From Squalus acanthias (taxonomy: Eukaryota), in the NCBI GenBank assembly GCA_030390025.1, contig JASTWF010000353.1, positions 1 through 64,000 of the forward strand: DNA of 64,000 bases. Direction: 5' to 3'. Positions 15,864 through 26,377 of the stretch are shown here, one piece after another (position 1 is the stretch's first letter; each line of letters begins with the position of its first letter). The notes below the pieces were generated by a model that did no database searches, had not been told where the DNA came from, and worked only from the letters and a program-made list of their open reading frames with translations. The translations under genes and the position numbers were made by a program.

Positions 15864-16418
15864 AGTTTAAAATGTGACAGAAAGCGGTGATCAGTTCCTG
15901 AATGATGTAGAGTGTTTCAGAAGATGAGGACTGAGTAGCCATCTGTGAGAATAGGGCTGCTGTGACTGCAGCATGCTCTTATATGACTCAGATCCACAAG
16001 CATTACAAAATCCTTATGACACAGCTCCGAGCTCTGCAAACGACTGCCACTGCAGTAAGGGGACACTCACTCTGCATATCCTTTGTTCCTACTGACGCAT
16101 TCTCGTTTCACTAAACTATCGAATCTCACCAAACTCAGAGTCATTTAAATCCCACTTACAGCTCTGTTATAGCGTAGCTGGATCTTCGTTATAATATGGT
16201 TACGGCTCATTTATAGATCAGTTGCATCTCAATTACAGCTCAGTTATTACATAGTTACAGTCCAGTTATAGTTTAGTTAGATCTCAGTCATAGTGCTGTT
16301 TTATGAGCATCCACCTCCAACCAAATTGGTATGAATGCAGCATGACTCGATTACCTCCCCCCTCTACAGTCTGCATAGGACTAAAAAACTTAGCCCTGTG
16401 AGTTATTTGAGGTACATG

Positions 16419-17108
16419 ACCATCGCCGAATCCCCCACCATCCACTGCCTGGGGTCACCATTGACCAGAAACTTAACTGGACCAGCCACATAAATGCTGT
16501 GGCAACAAGAGCAGGTCAGAGGCTGGGTATTCTGCGGCGAGTATCTCACCTCCTGACTCCCCAAAGCCTTTCCACCATCTACAAGGCACAAGTCAGGAGT
16601 GTGATGGAATACACTTGCCTGGATGAGTGCAGCTCCAACAACACTCAAGAAGCTCGACACCATCCAGGACAAAGCAGCCTGCTTGATTGGCACCCCATCC
16701 ACCACCTTAAACATTCACTCCCTCCACCACCGGCGTACCGTGACTGCAGCGTGTACCATCTACAAGATGCACTGCAGCAACTCGCCAAGGCTTCTTCGGC
16801 AGCACCTCCCAAACCCGCGACCTCTTCCACTTAGAAGGACAAGGGCAGCAGACGCATGGGAACACAACCACCTCCAAGTTCCCCTTCAAGTCAAACACCA
16901 TCCTGACTTGGAAATATATCGCCGATCCTTCATTGTCGATGGGCCAAAACTCCCTCCCTAACAGCATTGTGGGAGTACCTTCACCACACGGACTGCAGCG
17001 GTTCAAGAAGGCGGCTCACCACCACCTTCTCAAGGGCAACTAGGGATGGGCAATAAATGCTGGCCTTGCCAGCGACGCCCACATCCCACAAACAAATTTT
17101 TAAAAAAT
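16419..17108 (+). mobile_element. 5'-truncated non-LTR retrotransposon (CR1/L2/jockey group), ORF2 C-terminus plus 3' UTR
   Basis: ORFs 16499 and 16623 (ATRAGQRLGILRRV...IYKAQVRSVMEY); 3' stem-loop GCTGGC-CTT-GCCAGC and A-rich tail; same family as 26771-27958. Confidence 0.88.
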
Positions 17109-17139
17109 CTTGTGAAATCTGCTGTGTCTTTTAATTATG

Positions 17140-17256
17140 CTTTTACATTATAACAGTGACTACACTTCAAAAGTACTTCATTGGCTGTAAAGCACTTTGG
17201 GATGTCCTGAGGTGGTGAAAGGCGCTATATAAATGCAAGACTTTCTTTCTTTCTTC
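17140..17256 (+). mobile_element. SINE 3' portion, DeuSINE-like (SacSINE1/AmnSINE1-type) with L2-type tail
   Basis: ACAGTGACTACACTTCAAAAGTACTTCATTGGCTGTAAAGCACTTTGGGATGTCCTGAGG...GGCGCTATATAAATGCAAG followed by (CTTT)n; family recognised from memory. Confidence 0.65.
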
Positions 17257-17789
17257 TGTTAATCATACTGTTTGAATAAAGCTAATTTGTAGTTTATAGC
17301 CTGTGATTCACAGTGTTATTTGTCTTGTCAGTTGAAGAGATGAGGAGGGTATGTGTGATGCCTTACCCTTCCCAGTGCACGCTGCCATGCTACCAGGGCT
17401 CATTGTTTGCCTTGTGATATGACTATTTCACATTACTTCACCCAGAGAGGTGGCAGTTCTGCAGGGATTCCCCTGATCTTTGCTGTAATTTTAGTGGAAA
17501 CTCCAGAGAAAGGGCGGAAGCAGCAATGCACCGCTTCTCTGGGCCTTCTGCCGAAGGGATGGTTGGAGAATGGGGGCACTCCCATGGGGATCCTAGGTCA
17601 CAGACTTTTACTTTGGGGTGAGAAAAATATCTGGCGAGTGCACAAACCAACGGACCAACCTCTCTGGCCTCACCTTCAGCTGCTTCCCAGAGACCCCCTC
17701 CTACCCCCGCCCAACTGGAGTGCCTTAGGGCTATATTGCCACATTGCTTAACCGGGAGGCAATGTGGGTCAGCGAGCACAGCGCTGATG

Positions 17790-18215
17790 GCTGAAGAGGA
17801 CTTGGTGTGAGTTAGGATACAGGCAGCGAGTATTGGATGAGCTTAAGGTTATAGAGGGGGGAAGATGGGAGGCCGGCCAGGAGTGCGTTGGAAAAGTCGA
17901 GTCTAGAGGTAACAAAGGCATGGATGAGGGTTTCAGCAGCAGATGAGCTGAGGCGGGGCGGAGACGGGCGATGTTACAGAGGTGGAAGAAGGCGGTCTTG
18001 GTGTCTTGGTGATGGTGCGGATATGTGGTCGGAAGCTCAGCTCAGGGTCAAATACGACACCAAGGTTGCGAACGGTCTGCTTCAAACTCAGACAGTTGCC
18101 AGGGAGAGGGATGGAGTCGGTGGCTGGGGAATGGAGATTGTGGCAGGGACAGAAGACAATGGCTTTCTTCTTCCCAATATTTAGTTGGAGGAAATTTCTG
18201 CTCATCCAGAACTGG
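17790..18215 (-). mobile_element. L2 LINE ORF2 fragment (degenerate)
   Basis: ORF 17933-18205: WMSRNFLQLNIGK...VRNLGVVFDPELSFRPHI, typical of the L2 region after the RT domain. Confidence 0.8.
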
Positions 18216-18783
18216 ATTGTTAGTAGGGCGGACTCCTGAGGAGCAATGGACTATGTTCAAGAATATAAAGGAAGCAGATTCCACTGTGACAGAGTGTAGC
18301 ACAGTAACAAGGGAGGAAGCAGAAGGAAAACAACTTTTCTCAAGTATAAATCTACAGATAGATCAGGACAAGGTGGATACAAGAATAAGGTTAAAACACT
18401 AGTTCGCATTTCTAAGACAAAATGAGATTAAGGCTAGAGAGAAACCAAGTGCAGTTTTTACACACACCCCAGGATCTGATATGATGGAATGTGTGTTCTG
18501 GTGTTTATCATAGTCCTGCTACAGCCTCAGTGAGACAGAGGTTCACCGAGGACTGTGATATGGTATATTCACTGAAGAAATATATCGGACGACTGATTTG
18601 AGGTACAATTATTAGGCACCTTACTGATACCGAGATATACAGACCAAAGGGAGCGTATTTGTAATATCATCACCTGCCTATTCTGAAGTTACAGATCATC
18701 TGCTAATGATACACGTTTGTATCTTACGCAGTTAATTCAGAATCATCCTGGAGATCAGACGGACATTGAACGGGAGACCAAAG

Positions 18784-21700
18784 ATGATGGCTACAGCTTG
18801 TGACAATATGGCAGACATGGGTGAAGAGGAGGAAGGACGAGGTTCAGGGGCTCCACCTCAGAGTGCCCTTCTGCAGGATGACAGTCCTGTCCTCCAGCCA
18901 GGGTTGACTGGCACAGCACTCCATTCTGATGTTATTGCTGATGATGACCATCCACCTTCTCAATTGATCTCCCTGCAGGCAAATCTTTATCCTTTTTCTG
19001 CTCAACAGATCATCCAACGGCCACCTCATCAGAGCCCATCAACAAACCCACAGGGAATGGCAAGGAACTGTTACATTCCTCATGCCTGTGCTACATCAGA
19101 CCTCCGAACATCACAATCTGAGACAACCTGCCATCACCAAATCCAGAATGAAAAAGAACCATCTCAACCTTCTCTCCATGGGCCAGGGCTCCAACCTTCT
19201 CCCCATGGGCCAGGGCTCCAACATTCTCCCCATGGGCCAGGGCTCCAACCTTCTCCCCGTGGGACAGTGCTCCAACCTTCTCCTCATGGGCCAGAGCTCC
19301 AACCTTCTCCCCATGGGCCAGAGCTCCAACCTTCTCCTCATGGGCCAGAGCTCCAACCTTCTCCCCATGGGCCAGAGCTCCAACCTTCTCCCCATTGGAC
19401 AGGGCTCCAACCTTCTCCCCGTGGGACAGGGCTCCAACCTTCTCCCCCTGGGCCAGAGCTCCAACCTTCTCCCCCTGGGCCAGAGCTCCAACCTTCTCCC
19501 CATGGGCCAGAGCTCCAACCTTCTCCTCATGGGCCAGAGCTCCAACCTTCTCCCCATGGGCCAGAGCTCCAACCTTCTCCTCATAGGCCAGGGCTCCAAC
19601 CTTCTCCTCATGGGCCAGAGCTCCAACATTCTCCCCATGGGCCAGAGCTCCAACCTTCTCCCCATAGGCCGGGGCTCCAACCTTCTCCTCATGGGCCAGA
19701 GCTCCAACCTTCTCCCCGTGGGACAGGGCTCCAACCTTCTCCCCATGGGCCAGAGCTCCAACCTTCTCCCCATGGGCCAGGGCTCCAACTTTCTCTCCAT
19801 AGGCCAGAGCTCCAACCTTCTCCCCATGGGCCAGGGCTCCAACCTTCTCCCCATGGGCCAGAGCTCCAACATTCTCCCCATGGGCCAGAGCTCCAACCTT
19901 CTCCCCATGGGCCAGAGCTCCAACCTTCTCCCCATGGGCCAGGGCTCCAACATTCTCCCCATGGGCCAGGGCTCCAACATTCTCCCCATGGGCCAGGGCT
20001 CCAACCTTCTCCCCATGGGCCAGAGCTCCAACCTTCTCCCCATGGGCCAGGGCTCCAACATTCTCCCCATGGGCCAGGGGTCCAACATTCTCCCCATGGG
20101 CCAGGGCTCCAACATTCTCCCCATGGGCCAGAGCTCCAACCTTCTCCCCATGGGCCAGAGCTCCAACCTTCTCCTCATGGGCCAGAGCTCCAACCTTCTC
20201 CCCATGGGCCAGGGCTCCAACCTTCTCCCCATGGGCCAGAGCTCCAACCTTCTCCCCATGGGCCAGGGCTCCAACATTCTCCTCATGGGCCAGGGCTCCA
20301 ACCTTCTCCGCATAGGCCAGGGCTCCAACCTTCTCCCCATGGGCCAGGGCTCCAACCTTCTTCCCTTGGGCCAGAGCTCCATACAGTCCAAGGACAGAGA
20401 CAGTACCAGCTTCTGGTGAATATTAATCAAATCAAAGCAAAAAAGCAGAGCAAGTATGTGTGTATTCATTGTGGGAGAGACTGCTTGAAGCCCAGTGTCC
20501 TGGAGAAACATGTCCGGTCTCACACTGGCGAACGTCCATTCCCATGCACAACTTGTGGGATTTCATTTAAAACTCAGAGTAATCTGTACAAACACAAAAG
20601 AACCCAAACACATGTGAATAACTGCCGCCGTTTAGCAGAATTGGAGAGGAGCAGCAAGCCAGGTCCGAGCAGTAACGGCATGTCACTCAGTCAAGTGGGT
20701 CATGGGCGCTCTGATGCAAGTACTTACCAGGAACTCGAGGAGAATCGGGGCAGAGACTGTCACAGTGACTTGCTTGTGTCCAACTCTACCAGTGTGGACC
20801 ATTCAGGACACCAAGGCTTCCCAAACTTTGCGCCGTGGGGCAGGTTTTGGAGCAAGTCTTCTACTGCTGAGAAAAGGGAGAACGACAAGATAGATGGAGA
20901 GAAACAAAATGTCCAGCCACAAGAAGGTAAAATGGGAAACAAACATATGGTTCTACAGAGACAGCAGGCAACTTATTTTGCTAAACAGTGGGTCCACAAG
21001 TCTTCAAGTTCTAGTGTGCAAACGAATGAAAGCACGGATTCTGGGTACTTTTCCCATTCGGACAGTGCCGACCACCAGCTGTGGTCCTCAAGCTCACTGC
21101 AGAGTCTTCAATCACAGAGCACCGACACTGAACTAGAAAAGGCCTTTCAATCCAGCCAGCGCCTGGTCAGTGCTGAGCAGAGTGCACCAGGGTCGGTTGT
21201 AGGTGATGTAGCCGGGCGAGGATTGGACAGGACCCAACTTGGGAAGCGAGAGCTGGGGGAACGCATCTCGAAGCTCATCTCTGATAATAAGGCCGTGGTT
21301 GATGACAAACAATTAGAAAACGTGCGGCCAAGGAAGACACTTATTTCAAAGCAGGGGAGCATTGATTTACCAATGCCGTACACATTTAAGGACTCCTTTC
21401 ACTTTGACATGAAGTCTATTCAAGTCAATAAGAGATCAAACCTTTCCTCCAATTTACCAAAGTCCACTCCATCATCCGCTGGCAAATTACAGCAAATGTT
21501 CTTCTCATCGCCTTCTCATGTCACCTCTACTGTCGATTGTTTACCAGTTATAAGGAGTAATTCCATGCCACCTGGTGAGGGCAGTAAATTGGCCAACAGT
21601 TCATGTTTACAGAGGAAGTCCTCTGCTGCGTTGCACGGTGAGAGCTCACAGTCACGGTCACTGGATTTCCATCCCTCACACCATCGCACTCTGGTCAGGC

Positions 21701-24042
21701 AAATCGCTCTCGAGGATTTACTAGCAAGTGGTCCTATTGTGGAGGGGCCCAATCTTGTTGTTGAAGGAAAGCCTTGTGATTCCGGTGTTGAGCAAGTGTC
21801 AAAAAACAAGCGCAAATCCTTAGAAAAGAAGAACAGCCAGAAAAAACTGAAAAAATTTTCTCATGAAAGGTGGTCCATGTATGGGGAGGAGACCTTTAGA
21901 AAGAAATACCAAGAGGCAAAGAGAACCATCAATCCAACAGAGCCTCTCCTGCAATGTGCCAACCAATCCTCACAGATTGGTACAATGACGTGTGGCAGCC
22001 GTGACACAGCACTGCACAGGGACCCCTCTGTCCTCTCTGAGGGTTTACACTCCAGCACACTGGCCTCTCCGTTAACCCACAAAGCTCCTGTTACAAAACA
22101 CCTCTCAGACCCACTGCTTTTAGGGTCAGTGAAGGTCACAACCTTCAACAGTCAAATGTTTCAGACACACTTTTTACAAACAAACGTGGACAAGCTTTCA
22201 CCAGAACAGAGTAATCCAGCTCCTCATCATAATGCAGAAGAGAGAAAGACTCCACTAATCCAGGACTGTGTTTGGGAAGTGCCTGTTATCAAAACATCCA
22301 ATGCAGCAGAGGTGCTCAATATATGGGAAGGATTGGACAACGTGACTTCACCACACGCAGCTCGAGAAACCACCAGCCACAGAGTGAAGGGTCTTTCTCC
22401 GCACCAGCCATCACCTGCATCAAGCACCCAAAAGGAGAAAGATCCCAAAAGACCGATGCAGAGACATTTCTCACATCCAAAGCTGGTGAGGCAACTCAGT
22501 ATTCTTGTTCCGGAGAGTAAAACTGTACAAGAGACTGTCAAAGCAAGGAAGCAACAAGAGAACGAGCCAGAAGAAATGAGTTTGTACCAGGGTGATGAAG
22601 GTGTCTCCGAGTTTCCATCAGAAAAACCTCCGAAAAAGAAGCTAAGGCTGAAATTAGCCAATATTGGATGGCCAACTGAGAAGCTTGTCTCCGATTTACC
22701 AGTCGCTGCTCTTCCTGGTGAGTCCCATCAGTTGGTTGGTGTCTTAGCCTCAGACGGCCGTCATGGGCACCTTCAAGTTACCAACTCCCCAAAGCAGGAT
22801 GAGGGAGGAAGCTCCATTGAGCAATACTCATCACCGACTGTGTCCAGCAGCTTCATTGACCCTAACCAGGCACCCTCCGACCGGCCACGGTCTTGTTCTG
22901 AGTCAATGGCAGCTTGTTCTACATCTCCCCCTGTACAGCTGCTGTCACATTCAGAGGGCAAAACTGAACAGAGAAAGACTATCCAAAGGGAGGAGAGTGA
23001 AGCAATTAGTCAAAGGGGCTTTCCATCACTATTAGACACAGCTGGAATTCAGGCACACCAACCTGGCAAGATATTACACATGGGACCACACATGTCCCCA
23101 TGGGTTACACCAGTGTCTCCCCAGGTACAAATTCCCCACTTGCAAAAGCAACATTTTCTTCCAAAATATCAACTGAAATGGGCAATGAAGGACCTGATCA
23201 GACCACGCTCTGCATTGACTGCACGAGCTGCAGCTAACGAGGAGACAACTGCTGTAAACAGTGCTCATACTTCCCACTGGGCTGTGCCCAAGACATCCCA
23301 TCATACTCAGTGCACACCACAGCAAGCAGTACAGCCATCATTAACTTCTTACAAAACAAGCAATGAAGTGCAGCAAACTGATGGATGTGAAAAATGTGGA
23401 TGTCCCTTCACTATTTCCAGTGGTGGTCAGTTATCATCGGGTAATAGGGCAACGGCCGTTGTCACCAATCTAATTCATTTAATGAGCAAGAGATTCCAGC
23501 AGCCTTTCGGCAGTCAATCTGTTTGTAAATCTCAGGACGTACACTGGTCAGCAGTTAGCAGCGAGGGGAGAGGAAGATGGGCTCCTGTTTGTAATATCGC
23601 AGATTCCTTGATGGGTCAATGCCAACAATGTGCCAGCAATGTCAAACTGAGTGGAGAGCTGGCTTCCACAGATTGCTCAACGGCGACAAGGTCTGAATGT
23701 GAGCAACTCATGTGTGCTTCAGGTAGCCAGAGGTCTCAGCAGTCTGTCCAGTGGAGGTCAGTGAGGGAGCGGAGCAGCACTATCCCGCTGGACACGCAAG
23801 GCTTGGCTGTGGCAGACTCTGAACATTCCTCCTTCCCAAAGATGAACACTCAGCCTGAGCTTACCTGGTGTTACCTGAGAAAGACTGTACCCCTACACAC
23901 CCTGCAGAAAAACAAGGTCACTTCAGTCTACGCTACTTGGAGCGGCTGTGAAAATACCTCTGATGCACCACGCCTGGCACTGAAGGACACGTTTGCTGTA
24001 CACAGCCTACAGCAGAAAGGCAGAGATGCCCGTGCTCAATCA
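18784..24042 (+). CDS. ZNF831: ZNF831 (HIVEP/Schnurri family) large first coding exon with N-terminal C2H2 zinc-finger pair
   Basis: [54 protein letters not shown], plus LQRQQAT, ESTDSGY and [24 protein letters not shown]...[21 protein letters not shown], match ZNF831 as recalled. Acceptor AG at 18730-18731 with upstream CTAAT; in-frame TAA at 18733 precedes ATGs at 18784/18787; donor CA|GTAAGT at 24043, phase 0. Confidence 0.92.
19168..20382 (+). repeat. Coding minisatellite: 45 x 27 bp encoding (P/H)SPHGP(E/G)LQ
   Basis: 1215 bp = 45 x 27 with frame preserved, inside the ZNF831 exon just before the zinc fingers. Confidence 0.95.
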
Positions 24043-24281
24043 GTAAGTATGCCTCCAAATTATGCTGCTTTTTCCTTGTAGATTCATGTTGCTATGATTC
24101 CCTCCTTCCTGTTGTCTACCTGCACCATGTATTGTCCAGGCTGAAGACTCCTCTCAGGGTTCCCCAATGCTGCTCTATACTGACCTCCACTCACTCTGCT
24201 CCCTGGTTACAGAGAGTGGCATGGTGAGAATGGGACCTCTCTCACATCCCACCCAGAGAATGGCATGGTGAGAATGGGACG

Positions 24282-25641
24282 TGTAAGGGGTATCTTAATC
24301 GCTCCCACACCCCTCCGGTTCCTAGACTTTGGACTTATTTAGGGGTTGTGAACAAAATTGCAGTAAACAGGTTCTGATGAAAGAATTTTACTTTATTAAA
24401 AGAAAAAGGTAACAAACTTAAAACACACTTATTACTTAAACACAGATTTGGGGAGCACACGGTACAAGCGAGGGAAATGACAATATATCAAACAAAACCT
24501 TATCCCTCCCAAAGATCCCACTATCTGGCTAGGTTTTTGGTTTCAGGAGATCAGGGATAATGCTCACCAACGAATCCTTGACAGGATATTAGAGTCTTTT
24601 GTTTAAAAAGACTCCGTAAGGCCCTTGTTGCTGCGAGGTGTCCGATGGTCACTGAGGCAGTCGCTCTGGTTTCTTCTTGCGTGCTGGTCTTCTGGCCTTC
24701 TTCCTCGTGGCTTGTGGTAGGTTTTGCTGGAGCAGGGAGGGAGCTGTGTCCGCGTCGTCAGCCAGTCCGAAAGAGAGAGAGATTATGGCACAGGCTTTCA
24801 AATTATACTGTTTCTTTTTCGCGCCCAAAAAACCCTTACTAAAACGAATTCCTTTTCACACAGAATCACACAGAATCCCCACAGTGCAGGTAGAGGCCAT
24901 TTCGGCCCATCGAGCCTGCACCGACACATATCCCACCCATCCCCGTAACCCCACGTATTTAATCCCCCCTAACATTAAGGGTCAATTTATCAGAGCCAAA
25001 TCAACCTAACCCGCACATCTTTGGTTGCAAATGAGCCTTGCTTAGTCCATTGTCTAGTTTTGGCGGGCTTGCCAGTTCCGATGGCTTTAGCTCAATGTTA
25101 AACATGTCCTGATCGTTTTCCGATTTAACACAGCCTTATCTACGCGCCAAATCTCAACCCTATTGTCCTAGGTCTTTTGGCGGGCTTTTAAATCTGTTCT
25201 GTGGATATCTGGTTGATTGGGTTTTTTTGATGGGATAATGGCTATGAAACTGTGTGATCGAAGTTTTATTGTCATTGAATCGTTTTTAGATTTCCAGCAT
25301 CTTGTTTGCCCCTGGGGATTCATATTTGAATGTGTTTGTGAGTTTTTGCTTTGTCTCTTGCCCCTGGGTAGGATTTGTAGTGTAAACAATTCCCAGACAG
25401 CTTGATTTGTTCACTGCCCGGCCACGCCCCTCGCAGCTTGTCTTGTGTCTGTGAAAGGTGTCTCTCCCAACAGTAAGATTCAAAAAAGTCAGTTTCCTCA
25501 GGTTTTTTCTTCCCTGATCTTTAGGTTTTTACATCAAATCACTTCACTTAGGCCCCATCATCCCAAGTTTGTATGAAAAGTCCAAAAATCACTCCCTTTA
25601 GGGCTCTGTTCGAGTTTCTGGGGGATTTTGCGAAGCCTACA
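24282..25641 (-). mobile_element. Probable solo LTR (LTR retrotransposon or ERV)
   Basis: 1360-bp block with TGTA...TACA ends interrupting a 44-bp repeat unit; minus-strand AATAAA at 24392-24397 near its 3' end; no convincing coding region; TSD imperfect. Confidence 0.65.
24857..25024 (-). mobile_element. 5'-truncated HE1-like (V-SINE) SINE with CR1-derived tail, nested in the LTR
   Basis: Reverse complement reads CCAAAGATGTGCGGGTTAGGTTGATT...GATGGGCCGAAATGGCCTCT...(GATTCTGTGT)n tail. Confidence 0.7.
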
Positions 25642-25789
25642 ACCTCTCTCACAGCCCACCCAGAGAATGGCATGGTGAGAATGGGACCTCTCTCACAGCC
25701 CACCCAGAGAATGGCATGGTGAGAATGGGACCTCTCTCACAGCCCACCCAGAGAATAATAGACTCAGTCAGTGTAGAAACACCTTCTGA

Positions 25790-26340
25790 AAACCCACATG
25801 AACTACATTGACTGCATTTTCATTATCGATCCAATCAGTCTCTTCTTCAAAAAACTCTGTTAAATTTGACAGGCACATCTTGCCTTTAAACAATCATTTC
25901 TGAATCCTTACTAATTGATCTGAAATGATGAATTGTAGCAGTTTGCCCACCATTGATGTGGGACTGACTGGTCTATAGTACTTCACCTGAGGAAGGGGCA
26001 ATCGATAGCTCCGAAAGCTTGTGATTTCAAATAAAACTGTTGGACTATAACCTGGTGTTGTGCGACCTCTCAATTTTGGTCTTTAGTAACCAGGTTTATC
26101 CTTCTTGTACAGGTGTGACACGTCGGACACTCTCCAGCCCCAAGCAGAGTTTGCATATTTAAGGAGGATTGAAAAATGATAACCAGAACCTCCGCTGTCT
26201 CCACTCTGACTTCTCTCAAAACCCACCAGGGCCTGTGACTAATCCAACTACAGCTCTGCTCACATCCCCATAACCAATTCCTGTTCCCCAGATCTCTCGA
26301 ACAATTTATCCCGATTCCCCTCGAGTTCACCTACATTCTC
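25790..26340 (-). mobile_element. Degenerate CR1 LINE RT fragment
   Basis: Reverse-strand remnants of CR1 RT motifs (e.g. CL-x-NLTEFFEE and YRPVS). Confidence 0.6.
25981..26076 (+). ncRNA. ~95-nt Penelope-like terminal element with a minimal type I hammerhead-ribozyme fold
   Basis: TCAC-CTGAGGA-A-GGGGC(loop)GCTCC-GAAA-GCTT-GTGA at 25983-26024; flanked by TGGTCT(A/T)TAGTA at 25969-25980 and 26077-26088. Confidence 0.7.
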
Positions 26341-26377
26341 ACTTCCACCAGCATTTGTAGGATGCAGTGCAGCTTAT

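Larger units (their letters stand above)
24210..25756. repeat. Short 44-bp tandem repeat (~4 copies, CAGAGAATGGCATGGTGAGAATGGGACCTCTCTCACAGCCCACC) split by the LTR insertion
   Basis: Units at 24210-24280 and 25642-25756; one unit is broken at GGGAC / ACCTCTCTC. Confidence 0.85.

Noticed and set aside
7883..15890. Dozens of overlapping ORFs (MERVFIQRG..., GRWRGYLFR...)
   Set aside because: Translations of a stop-poor minisatellite in all frames; no splice or domain support
15864..18731. Promoter or upstream non-coding exon of ZNF831
   Set aside because: No CpG island or clear signals; the TATATAAA near 17227 belongs to the SINE tail
19082..20523. Overlapping 445-aa (+) and 470-aa (-) ORFs in the 27-bp repeat
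   Set aside because: By-products of a stop-free 27-bp unit; only the frame continuous with the zinc fingers is supported
23380..23640. CEKC and CQQC as a central HIVEP CCHC finger
   Set aside because: No correctly spaced His/Cys ligands follow
18766..24081. Track ORF as a single-exon 1771-aa gene
   Set aside because: Starts at TTG and reads through a strong GTAAGT donor at 24043; downstream exons fit better
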